Assembly (NCBI RefSeq): GCF_963921235.1
Contig: NC_086097.1
Span: 82,958,001 to 83,022,000, forward strand
Origin: Mobula hypostoma
Lineage: Eukaryota
Direction of reading: 5' to 3'
Length of the DNA: 64,000 bases
Position numbers and translations under genes: made by a program. The notes beneath the pieces are model-generated. The model had not been told where the DNA came from, made no database searches, and was given only the letters and a program-made list of their open reading frames with translations. Position 1 is the stretch's first letter, and every line of letters starts with the position of its first letter. This document shows positions 50,771-61,319 of the stretch, in pieces.

Positions 50771-53574
50771 AAAACCTGCAATAATTTAACACTTCCTTGC
50801 ACAGCATTGAATGCAGCCTTCTCTCAGAGCAGATGGTTTCTCACTCCTGAAAGGCACTGTCAAGAAAATAAGAGCCCTAATGAGAGAATAAATCAAACCC
50901 TCCTGGCCCTCGTAATACTTTTCTTAATCAGGACTATAAAACAAAGCTTTTACTCAGACCAGATTTTATTTCATTAATAAAATTTCAACAAATGCCTGTG
51001 TAATTTCATACGCAAATTCGCTTTGAATTCATATAAATAGATCAGACAAGGTAAAGATAATTTATTCTCAAAAAGGTATCAGTGAATTAGGTGCAAAAGT
51101 TTAACTTCACTATTACTGATGCTGGCTTTACAATTAAAACAAAATTGAAGTTTTGAATTTAAGTTTTCCATCTGTAAGGCCAGGGTTTGAACTCAAAACC
51201 TGGTCTGAGTCACAGAATTATTTATCTCGTTGTTACTGCAGCCCTAAACCTCACGAAATATCAACTTCCACTTCACTGCCCAACCCTTTCATAAATCTGG
51301 GAATCGGCAATTTCACTTTTACTACATATAATAACTATAAATCCCCAAAACCTGGTTTTCTGAAGCTTCCCTGACTGTGTTATTAGGTTGCTATTAAGGA
51401 TAATGTGTTAATGAATAATACCAATTGGAAATGATATGTATGTTAGAGTAGATAATCACACATTTTATGACAGTCACAGTAGGAACTATATGCGATGCTA
51501 GCTTATGTCCTAATGAGATGCACTAACTGGATCTAATTTTGGATATGCAAATTCAGAAAGATTTCTGAAATGCAGCATATACTGGCTTAAATGCTGTGGA
51601 GTGGTTTGCTTTGTTAAAGATTATGTTTGTTGTTCTGAGCAATATTCTGGAGGATCTCAGCAGGTGAGGCCGTATCCATGGTGGGAAACGAATTGTGGAC
51701 TCTTCGTCAGTATCTTCATGATGTAGGATCTCGGACAGAGGTGTCGACTGTTTATTTTCCTTTATATCCACTTCCTGCTTGTCAACCGCAGGGAGGAGAG
51801 AATGTAAAGCAGTGCTTAAATGAATTCTGTGCTAACAAGACAGAACTATGTAAAAGTCCATTTTAAGCCCACGATGTTGAGACTAATTGGCGATTACGAT
51901 GATTTTTATGCCTCTAGTTATGAGAACAGAAACTGCATATTTAGTGTGAATGCTGAATGGGAGCAGTTATCACAAAATTGTTTTTGTAGCCTCCCTTGGA
52001 GTTCCTATGGACTTCCCTTGCCAGTAGGCAAGGTAGATATTGGGATAGGTCAGAGATCAAGATAGCAGATTCTTGCCTCAAGTTTAATGTCAAAAGAGGC
52101 TATCTGGCCTATTAATCCATAAGGCCATGGACCATAAGACAAAGGAGCAGAAGTCAGCCATTTGGCCCATTGAGTCTGCTCCGCCATTTTATCATGAGCT
52201 GATCCATTCTCCCATTTAGTCCCACTCCCCCGCCTTTTCACCATAACCTTTGATGCCCTGGCTACTCAGATACCTATCAATCTCTGTCTTAAATACACCC
52301 AATGACTTGGCCTCCACTGATACACGTGGCAACAAATTCCATAGATTCACCACCCTCTGGCTGAAAAAATTTCTTCGCATTTCTGTTCTGAATGGGCGCC
52401 CTTCAATCCTTAAGTCATGCCCTCTCGTACTAGACTCCCCCATCATGGGAAACAACTTTGTCACATCCACTCTACCCATGCCTTTCAACATTCGAAATGT
52501 TTCTATAAGGTCTCTCCTCATTCTTCGAAACTCCAAGGAATACAGTCCAAGAGCGGACAAACATTCCTCATATGTTAACCCTCTCATTCCTGGAATCATT
52601 CTAGTGAATCTTCTCTGTACCCTCTCCGACGTCAGCACATCCTTTCTTAAATAAGGAGACCAAAACTGCCCACAGTACTCCAAGTGAGGTCTCACCAGCA
52701 CCTTATAGAGCCTCAACATCACATCCCTGCTCCTGTACTCTATTCCTCTAGAAATGAATGCCAACATTGCATTCGCCTTCTTCACCACCGACTCAACCTG
52801 GAGGTTAACTTTAAGGGTATCCTGTACAAGGACTCCCCAAGTCCTGTTGCATCTCAGAACTTTGAATTCTTTCCCCACTTAAATAATAGTCTGCCCGTTT
52901 ATTACTTCTGCCAAAGTGCATAACCATACACTTTCCAACATTGTACTTTATTTGCCACTTCTTTGCCCATTCTTCCAATCTATCCAAGTCTCTCTGCAGA
53001 CTCTCAGTTTCCTCAGCACTACCGGCCCCTCCACCTATCTTCGTATCATCAGCAAACCTAGCCACAAAGCCATCTATTCCATAATCCAAATCGTTGATGT
53101 ACAATGTAAAAAGAAGCGGCCCCAACACGGACCCCTGTGGAACACCACTGGTAACCGGCAGCCAACCAGAATAGGATCCCTTTATTCCCACTCTCTGTTT
53201 CCTGCCAATCAGCCAAGGCTCCATCCACGTATGTAACTTTCCCGTAATTCCATGCGCTCTTATCTTGTTAAGTAGCCTTATGTGTGGCACCTTGTCAAAG
53301 GCCTTCTGAAAATCCAAATATACAACATCCACCGCATCTCCTTTGTCTAGCCTACTGGTAATTTCCTCAAAAAATTGTAATAGGTTTGTCAGCTTTACAA
53401 CTCCTTCCTTGGAGGGTCAGATACCCTGAGCCGATAGGCTGGTCCTGGACTTAATTTCATAATTTACTGGCATAATTTACATATTACTAGTTAACTATTT
53501 ATTACTATTTTTCTGTTACTATTCTATTACTATTTATTATTTCCATGACTATTACTATTTACTATTTAATAATG

Positions 53575-54127
53575 GTTGTTCGTCCATCATTGACGTCGAT
53601 GAGGACCTCGACACCATTATGATGGTGTCGAGACTAGCGCGTGATTTGGATTTAAGTGAGGGAGAGTTGCGCAGCATCAGCCTCACTCTCTCTTCCCAAT
53701 TCCCATCTGGATCCAGTGGCAAGACAGAGTCTAGACGGCTGGAGATGGGACTAGGCGCAGTGGATGACCAGAACGTCTTCTGTGTCTTGTCCTGCTCTAC
53801 ACGTTCCACGACGCTTGCAGAGACCGCCTTCTTCACCGTTGGACCTTCCATTGGTCTCGTCCGCTCAATCTGCCGGAGTCTGTCTTCACATGCTGGGATA
53901 GACAACTCTTTATCTCACCGAGGGTTTGAGACCCGTCGGCTACCCTCACCTGGTTTAGCCGGCTTGTCGAAGCCGTTGCCCGGGGTGTGGCCGCTGTTGC
54001 ATGCAAACAGCTACGGGGAGCCACAGGTGAGAGCTGAGTGCCAGGTGGGGACCAAAGGTGGACTAACCGCCCTGAAAAGGACACGACATGTTCTCCCACC
54101 AGAGGTGCTACCCCTCCCTGACACCCC
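53575..54127 (-). mobile_element. Non-autonomous RTE-type retroposon (5' UTR fused to 3' tip), CpG-rich
   Basis: Abrupt GC/CpG-rich island in AT-rich flanks. RTE-like 5'-UTR phrases (GACAGACTCCGGCAGATTGAGCGG, TGGAAGGTCCAACGG, CATCCACTGCGCCTAGT) and a 3' end ..GATGGACGAACAAC. No RT motifs. Confidence 0.65.
53945..54127 (-). ncRNA. HDV-like self-cleaving ribozyme at the 5' end of the RTE-type element
   Basis: P1 GGGGUGU (54127-54121)/ACACCCC (53988-53982); P2 CUCACCUG/CAGGUGAG; P3 GGC/GCC; L3 begins UCC and can pair with the GG after P1 (P1.1); GGGCAAC junction; P4 CGGCUU-CGAC-AAGCCG; J4/2 GCUAA with catalytic-position C at 53958. Confidence 0.8.
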
Positions 54128-56061
54128 ATACACCATATACTAATAGTAGTATTACTATTACTATTTCTATTACTATTTATTATTTATGGTGCAACTGTAA
54201 CAAAAACCAATTCCCCCCAGGATCAATAAAGTATGACTATGACTATGACTATGACTATGTCAGGCAGGATTTTCCCTTAAGGAATCCATGCTGAGTTCTG
54301 CCTATCTTGCCATATGCCTCCAGATACTCTGTAACCTCGTCCTTGACAATCGACTCCAGCAACTTCCCAACCACAGATGTCAAGCTAACAGGTCTATAAT
54401 TTCCTTTTTGCTTCCTTGCCTCCTGCTTAAATAGCGGAGTGACATTTGCAATCTTCCAGTCCTCCGGAACCATGCCAGAATCTATCGACTTTTGAAAGAT
54501 CATCGTTAATGCCTCCGCAATCTCCACAGCTACTTCCTTCAGAGCACACGGGTGCATTCCATCTGGTCTGGGTGATTTATCTACCTTTAGACTATTCAGC
54601 TTCCTGAGTACTTTCTCTGTCATAATTGTGACTGCGCACACTTTTCTCTCCTGCCACCCTTGAGTGTCCGGTATACTGCTGATGTCTTGCTCAGTGAAGA
54701 CTGATGCAAAATACTCGTTCAATTCCTCTGCCATCTCCTTATCTCCCATTACAATTTCTCCAGCATCATTTTCTATCGGTCCTATATCTACTCTCACCTG
54801 TCTTTTACCCTTTATATACTTGAAAAAGCTTTTAGTATCCTCTTTGATATTATTTGCTAGCTTCCTTTCATAGTTAACCTTTTCCGTCTTAGTTTCCTTT
54901 TGTAAGCCTTTAAAATCTTTCCAATCCTCTGTCTTCCCACTAATTTTTGCTTCCTTGTATGCCCTCTCTTTTGTTTTAACTTTGGCTTTGACTTCTCTTG
55001 TCAACCATGGTTGCATCCTTTTTCCATTCGAAAATTTCTTCTTTTCTGGAATATACCTGTCTTGCACCTTCCTCACTTCTCGCATAAACTCCAGCCACTG
55101 CTGCTCTGCTGTCTTTCCCGCCAGTGTCCATTTCCAGTCAACTTTGGCCAGTTCCTCTCTTATGCCACTGTAATTTCCTTTACTCCACTGAAATACCGAC
55201 ACATCAGATTTCGGCTTCTCTTTTTCAAATGCCACAATGAACTCAATCATGTTATGATCACTGCCTCCTAAGGGTTCCTTCACCTCAATCTCTCTAATCA
55301 CCTCCATTTCATTACACAATACCCAATCCAGTACAGCCGATCCCCTAGTGGGCTCAACGACAAGCTGTTCTAAAAAGCCATCTCACAGACATTCTACAAA
55401 TTCTCTCTCTTGAGATCCAGTGCCAACCTGATTTTCCCAATCCACTCGCATGTTAAAATCCCCCACAATTATCATAACACTGCCCTTCTGACAAACCTTT
55501 TCTATTTCCTGTTGTAATTTGTAGTCCACATCCCTGCAGCTGTTTGGAGGCCTATAAATAACTGCCATCAGGGTCCTTTTACCCCTGCTATTTCTTAGCT
55601 CAACCCATAAAGATTCTGCACCTTCCGATCCTATATCACCTCTTTCTAATGATTTAATATCATTTCTTACCAATAAAGCCACACCTCCCCCTCTACCTAC
55701 CTTCCTATCCTTCCGATACACATTGTATCCTTGGACGTTCAGCTCCCAGAGACATGCATCCTTTAGCCAGGTCTCAGTGATGGCCACAATATCATACCTG
55801 CCAATCTGTAGCTCTACGACAAGATCATTCACCTTATTCCTTATGCTGCGTGCATTTAAGTATAACACCTTAAAACCAGTATTTGGTACTTTTCGCTTTG
55901 ATTTCACTGCAACTTTATTGCACTGCAACTCATCCCAATGGCTACAAATTTGCCCATCACCTGCCTGTCTTTCCTGACATCTTTACTGCTCACTATCTTA
56001 GATTTATTTCTGTTTTCCCCTTCCTCCGCTCTGTCATTCCGGTTCCCATCCCCCTGCCAAA

Positions 56062-56997
56062 TTAGTTTAAACTCTCCCTAACAGCTCTATTAAACTTTCC
56101 CGCCAGGATATTGGTCCCCTTCGGGTTCAGGTGTAACCTGTCCTTTTTGATCAGGTCATACTTCCCCCAGAAGAGATCCCAATTATCAAAGAATCTGAAG
56201 ACCTGCCCCCTGCACCAGTCTCTCAGCCACGCATTCATCTGCCTGATCCTACTATTCTTGCCCTCGCTAGCACGTGGCACAGGTAGCAATCCCCAGATTA
56301 CTACCCTGGAGGTCCTCCTTCTCAGCTTCCTTCCTAACTCCCGGAAATCTCTCTTCAGGACCTCCTCCCTTCTCCTATCTATGTCATTGGTACCAACATG
56401 TACCAAGACAGCTGGCTGTTCACCCTCTCCCTTCAGAATATTCTGGACCCGATCCAAGACATTCTGTACCCTGGTACCTGGGAGGCAACACACCATGCAG
56501 GTATCTCTATCAGGCTCACAGAATCTCCTGTCCGTTCCCCTGACAATGGAATCCCCTACGACTACCGCATTCCTCTTCTCCCTCCTTCTCTCCTGCACAA
56601 CAGCGCCAGGCTCAGTGCCAGAGACTCGGCCACTGTGGGCATCCCCTGTCAGGTCATTCCCCTCAACAGCATCCAGAACAAGATACTTGTTGCTGAGGGG
56701 GACAGCCACATGGGTGCTCTCCACTATCAGGGCATTTCCGTTCCCTCTCTTGACAGTGACCCAGTTTTCTGACCCCTGTAGCCTCGGCATGACTACCTCC
56801 CTGTAGCTCCTGTCTATCACCTCTTCACTTTCCCTGATAAGCAGTAGGTCGTCAAGCTGCAGCTCCAGATCCCTAACACGGTCTCTGAGGAGCTGCATCT
56901 CAGTGCACCTGGCGCAGATGTGGCCATCAGGGAGGCTGGAGGTCTCCCAGGATTCCCACATCTGACACCCTGAACAAAGCACTAACCCTGCAGGCAT
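56062..56997 (-). CDS. CR1 ORF1p: zinc finger/leucine zipper plus SGNH (GDSL-like) esterase, 311 aa, uninterrupted
   Basis: CSGC..HICARC followed by a heptad (LLRDRVRDLELQLDDL). SGNH blocks VVVGDSIVR, CLPGTR, LVHVGTND and DRLHLNPKG. Confidence 0.9.
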   Translation of the reverse strand: MPAGLVLCSGCQMWESWETSSLPDGHICARCTEMQLLRDRVRDLELQLDDLLLIRESEEVIDRSYREVVMPRLQGSENWVTVKRGNGNALIVESTHVAVPLSNKYLVLDAVEGNDLTGDAHSGRVSGTEPGAVVQERRREKRNAVVVGDSIVRGTDRRFCEPDRDTCMVCCLPGTRVQNVLDRVQNILKGEGEQPAVLVHVGTNDIDRRREEVLKRDFRELGRKLRRRTSRVVIWGLLPVPRASEGKNSRIRQMNAWLRDWCRGQVFRFFDNWDLFWGKYDLIKKDRLHLNPKGTNILAGKFNRAVRESLN

Positions 56998-57284
56998 GCT
57001 ATCTAATTCTACAGGAATGAAACAGGAAAAATAAGTCTACTCACCCACTTACCTCGCCAAACAGACGAACTTTTTAAACCGTTAGCTGTGAGAGCCCTGC
57101 TGTTCCTGTCTGTCCGGGCCGATTCGCGAAAGGGGGAAGGGAGAGGAAGAAAAAAAAGAGTTGGTGCTTTACTCTCGCCTCTTCCCATTTACCACCGAAG
57201 CCCATTGAAGCCAAAGCCCGACACTCTCCTCCCACTCACTCCACTGCCCACTCCGACAGCCGCCCGCTGTATAGGGTGGTCTCC

Positions 57285-57330
57285 TTTTTAAACTCTCCAC
57301 GCTGTCCTGTTGACGTCACTCGCCTGCGCA
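57285..57330 (-). promoter_or_regulatory. Putative internal promoter of the CR1 5' UTR
   Basis: On the minus strand, TGCGCAGGCG (57330-57321), CRE palindrome TGACGTCA (57311-57318) and TATA-like TTTAAAAA (57292-57285) lie in order upstream of ORF1. Confidence 0.45.
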
Positions 57331-57494
57331 GTCTCGTTCTTCTTGCACTCGAAGAAGTTTTTTAAAAAAAAGTGCCTTCCTTCAGAATTCAGCTCCCACG
57401 ACGCTCTGTAGTCCCGATCCCTTTCCAGGTTCTCTCTCACCTACCTTCTGCTTGCCCTGGCTCTCCTGCCATCCATCGACATAAAAGATGGACA

Positions 57495-57945
57495 TATACA
57501 CACAAAATGCTGGAGGAACTCAGCAGGTCAGGCAGCACCTATGGAAATGAATAAATAGTCGACGTTTCGTGCCAAGACCTTTCTTCAGGACTGGAAAAGG
57601 AATGGGAAAGATACCAGAATAAAAAAGGTGGTGGTGTGGGGGTGGGGGGTGGTGCAGAGTAGATAAAAGATGATAGGTGAAGCCAGGAAGCCAGGTGGAT
57701 GGGAAAGGTAAAGGACTGAAGAGGAAGAAATCTGATAGGAGAGGAGAGTGGACCATGGGAGAAAAGGAAGGAGGAGGGGAACAAAGGGGAAGTGATAGGC
57801 TGGTGAGAAGCAGTAATAGGCCAGAGTGGGGAATAGAAAAAGAGGGGAGGGGGCAGGATTTATTTTTACCGGAAGGAGAAATCAATATTCATGCCATCGT
57901 GTTGGACGCTACCCAGATGGAATACAAGGTGTTGCTTTTCTACCC
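57495..57945 (-). mobile_element. PLE 3' fragment with pLTR; hammerhead at 57557-57592 (core intact, stem II weakened)
   Basis: Minus strand AGTC-CTGAAGA-AAGGTCTTGGCAC-GAAACGTC-GACT; PLE C-terminus HLVFHLGSVQHDGMNIDFS. Confidence 0.85.
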
Positions 57946-58095
57946 TGAGACACAAAAGGTGATTCACACTGGCCAAGAAACCAAACGACACATCTTTGGG
58001 ATGCAACAGGAAACTGGAGGACTTGGGGGAAGGTGGGGGTGCAACCCACCCAAGCACACAAAGGCGGCACCCAAGGCCAGGTCACAGACATTTTC
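57946..58095 (-). mobile_element. V-SINE remnant
   Basis: Minus strand ..CCCCAAGTCCTCCAGTTTCCTGTTGCATCCCAAAGATGTG.. resembles the V-domain. Confidence 0.5.
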
Positions 58096-58724
58096 ATTCT
58101 AGCATTCTAACACTTTTTTCCTGTTTTAAATGATTTTTTGCCACCCATCAATTACAGAAGAATCCTGTCTACAGTCTGTAGTATTGTTTGCGTGCCTCTT
58201 CAACCACCTGTCATTCCTTGCAAGCTCATACAAATCTGGATGTAGATTATAAGGCTTCAGACCAGTCAAAATCTTAAGGAGCTTTTTTTCATGGTGTCAG
58301 CCAAGCAGAGCAACCAATAATCAGACAGCTTTCTCTCTGGTTAAACAAATACCCCTCTTTTTGACACTTGGCACCAGTTATTTAAACACCACTTCACCTG
58401 AGACCATTTAATTCAGGGTCGGTCACATTACACCACCTGGTAAAGACTGCTCCATTATATGTGGAGAGGCATAGAATTTATGCTTATTATTTAAAATGAC
58501 TCTGCAAAACTGAGATAACTGCATCCTTAAAAGAACTTACCTATGCACCACTTATGAATCAAATAACACGGGAGATGAGCACACACCTGGACGGTTTAGA
58601 CTTCTGAAATTTAAATACATTTTGGTGATTATTAAAGGATAGGGCATATGTTGGAATCAAATCAGCTGCAGTTTTAGAAGTTCTTGCAATTTCTGTAAGG
58701 TACTGATGATGCCCAGTAAAAAGA

Positions 58725-59030
58725 GGCACAGTAATACGGTAGTTAACTCCAATGCGTCACAGCTATAGGGTGATGCTATCATTCTGATCTTGACTCATGC
58801 ATATTCTCTTGTTGACTACATGAGTTTCCTCTGGCTGCTCCCGTTTCTTCTCATGTTCCAAGATGTGTCAATAGATTAATTGGCAATGGCAAATTATACA
58901 TTAATTTAGGCTACAACAAACAAAATTCAAACTAGAGTGGATGGGAGAGAATAGGTTTCAGGGGGGAGATATGGAGAATGGCACTGCTGGGGGTCAGCAC
59001 TGATCTGACGGGCTGAATGGCCTCCTAATA
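58725..59030 (+). mobile_element. V-SINE remnant
   Basis: GGCACAGT.. head, GAGTTTCCTCTGGCTGCTCCCGTTTCTTCTCATGTTCCAAGATGTG V-domain, and tail GGGCTGAATGGCCTCCT. Confidence 0.6.
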
Positions 59031-59034
59031 AATA

Positions 59035-59640
59035 GGTAACGCTTACAATATCATTTCAGGGTATAAAACTAGATAAATGGGATAAGTTCCCAAGACAGCA
59101 AATGCACAAGTGAGATTTAGTAGAAGTATTTAAAGTTATGAAGAGATTTGAAACAATAAATAAGGAAAAACACTGTCGAGGGTCAATTTTCACCTGTTTC
59201 ATAAAATGAAACACAATAAAATCCAGAGGGAGATGAAACACTTTTTAACGCAGAGAATAGTTTTGATCAAGAATACCCTGCATGTGGAGTGGTGCTGGAA
59301 GAGAACTTAATAGCATGTTCAGTGGTGAGCTGGGGACTATGTGGAAAGACGAAAGGAGCTGAACCAAGTTGTTGGCTCTAGACCTCATGCTATAGGGTTC
59401 ATTGTCCTCCTTCTTTATTGTATTTGGACATTTTACACATTTCTAACTGCTAAACCGTTTCATATTATCAATGGATATTTCTGCCTCAGTGGTTTTGAAT
59501 TTACATGTGCCCTTTCACCATTAAATTTTATGGGGACTTTCATGTTGCACACATGGGAATAGGCCGTTTAAATGGTTTCAGCATGGACTAGATGGGCTGA
59601 GGGGAAAGTTTCTGTGCTGTACTTCTCTCAGACTTTATGA
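59035..59640 (+). mobile_element. Old CR1 3' fragments
   Basis: GATTTAGTAGAAGTATTTAAAGTTATGA (DLVEVFKVM), TTTTTAACGCAGAGAATAGT, and tail GGGCTGAGGGGAAAGTTTCTGTGCTGTA. Confidence 0.55.
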
Positions 59641-61319
59641 CATAGTGTATACGTCAGAACAAAGCTCTCTCCTTACATATAACTGCAATTCTACTCAGAG
59701 AAATCTATTTTTCGAAATCTGCCATTGATCCTGCATAATTTAGAAATTATTGTTTTCACTCCTTCAGTAGAAACATTCTTAAGACAGATTAAGTAAATCA
59801 GAAAATGGAATAAAGTACTTAGCAAGTAAGGCAGTGGATGTGGAAAGAGAAATGGAGTCAGTATTTTGGATCATTAGCCTTCCATTGGGACTGGCACAAA
59901 GAAAAATCTACTTCGCTTTATGTCAACAGAGCTTATGGGATAGGTGGATAGGACTTGAAATATCTCCAATAGGGGAGTCTATGGCTTTCTAGGTGACTCC
60001 AGTATTTACTGGGCTATCTAGCTAATAGGTTAATGAGGGAACTGTAGCAGTGGTGGAGGTAAGAGTCCTGACCATTATCTGCTGAGAACATCTAATGCAA
60101 TCATTTGAGAACGCAGTAATTTCTTGGTAGATATCATGAGAGATCATGAGAGATCTCATTCTTTTCAACATCGAGTCTTTCCACATTTACATCTTCGGGA
60201 TACCATAATCTTGAGATCTGTGAAGATGAAATTCAGTTTCAATGGGCATGGTCTGTGTTTGAATTTCTGCTACATAAATGCAGGTAAGGGCAAAAGTCAG
60301 CAGGATAAAATAGCAGAAAAGGGAAAATTACATCGAAACGTTTCTTCCATATTGATTTGAAACAGACAAAATTGTTCAAAACTTTATGGAAGTGAACAGT
60401 CTAAGCTGTAATACTGGATTTGAAATGGGAATCAGTGCAGACAAAGGAAGTAGACATGGAAATTTCAAAAGCAATGTTACAAATTATTGCTCTGCAGAGG
60501 ATAAAGTCCCACAAGTTGTGGTCAACAGCAAACTATATGCCTTTGCTGCTGAGCTACAAAAGAAGTCAATAGATACCATAGATTTTTCATTCGACAAGAA
60601 ATTGATCTGAAGAATAGATTACGTTCAGTTTTTGAACTGAGTTCATGTGCCACTAGGGTCCTTGGCAACATGATGGGGCATGAACAAGGTTCACCAACAA
60701 AACCAAGAAAACATTTTAATTAGCCAACCATCAAAGCTGGAAAAAGTTTTTTTAAGTTTCCAAATGGGTTTGACATTCAAAAAATATTGAAAATTCAGGA
60801 GTTTTGAAAGTTGCTTTGAAATTTTAAGAAGATAACAAACCACAAACATTTTAAATTACTTGATTAAAGGAAATCTAAGAATATTCTCTTCCTTTACAGC
60901 CTTTCTTCTTCATCTTTTCCTCGTACACATGACTTCACTGGGGCAGGAGCTGGTGTATGTGTAGGGAGAGTAGGTGATGCACTATTTGCCCTTTCAACTA
61001 CATGGTTTGCTATAAGAGACAAGAAGAGTAAACCAAGTTAGTCAGCATAGAGTCACATACAGATCAGACTTGGTAAGGTTGGCAGTGCTTCTTCCTTCAA
61101 GGGCTTCAATGAATAAGATGGGTTAATATGACTATCCAGTATTTCCTAGCCATTACTGGTATCTGCCATTTACTTTCATATGTATTTAGTTATTTCTATT
61201 TGAATTTCCTGGCTATTTATACTGGGATTACATTAATATCCTTAGATCAATAACCCAAGCTGTTGGATTCCAGTCCAGGAATTTAACAAATATGTCAGAA
61301 AAATAGTTCTTCACAAATT

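Larger units (their letters stand above)
53393..54257 (+). mobile_element. Rex1-like LINE 3' end with (GACTAT)n tail inserted into CR1 RT, itself interrupted
   Basis: Ends AATAAAGTAT(GACTAT)4. TSD TGTCAG at 53387-53392 and 54258-54263, after which the CR1 frame resumes. Confidence 0.88.
52216..55928 (-). pseudogene. CR1 ORF2 (APE endonuclease plus reverse transcriptase), disrupted
   Basis: Segments 55383-55928 (YLNARSIRNK, ITETWL, IYRPPN, VGDFN), 54255-55319, 52811-53332 (LDFQKAFDKVPH, PQGSVLGP, RFADDTK) and 52216-52878. Lesions: a TGA at 55383-55385, an insertion at 53393-54257 and a frameshift near 52835. Confidence 0.92.
52117..57470 (-). mobile_element. Near-full-length CR1 LINE (5' UTR, ORF1, ORF2, 3' tail) with a nested insertion
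   Basis: Intact ORF1, collinear APE-RT ORF2 segments, tail CCATAAGGCCATGGACCATAAGAC at 52117 and a CpG-containing 5' UTR at ~57000-57470. The 5' boundary is approximate. Confidence 0.95.

Noticed and set aside
53555..54143. Three overlapping ORFs (174, 116 and 98 aa) suggesting a novel gene
   Set aside because: They lie in a GC-rich retroposon whose sequence is explained by RNA structure; there are no protein motifs, and stop codons are rare at this GC content.
56111..56806. 231-aa + strand ORF and similar antisense ORFs over CR1 copies
   Set aside because: Antisense shadows of CR1 ORF1/ORF2.
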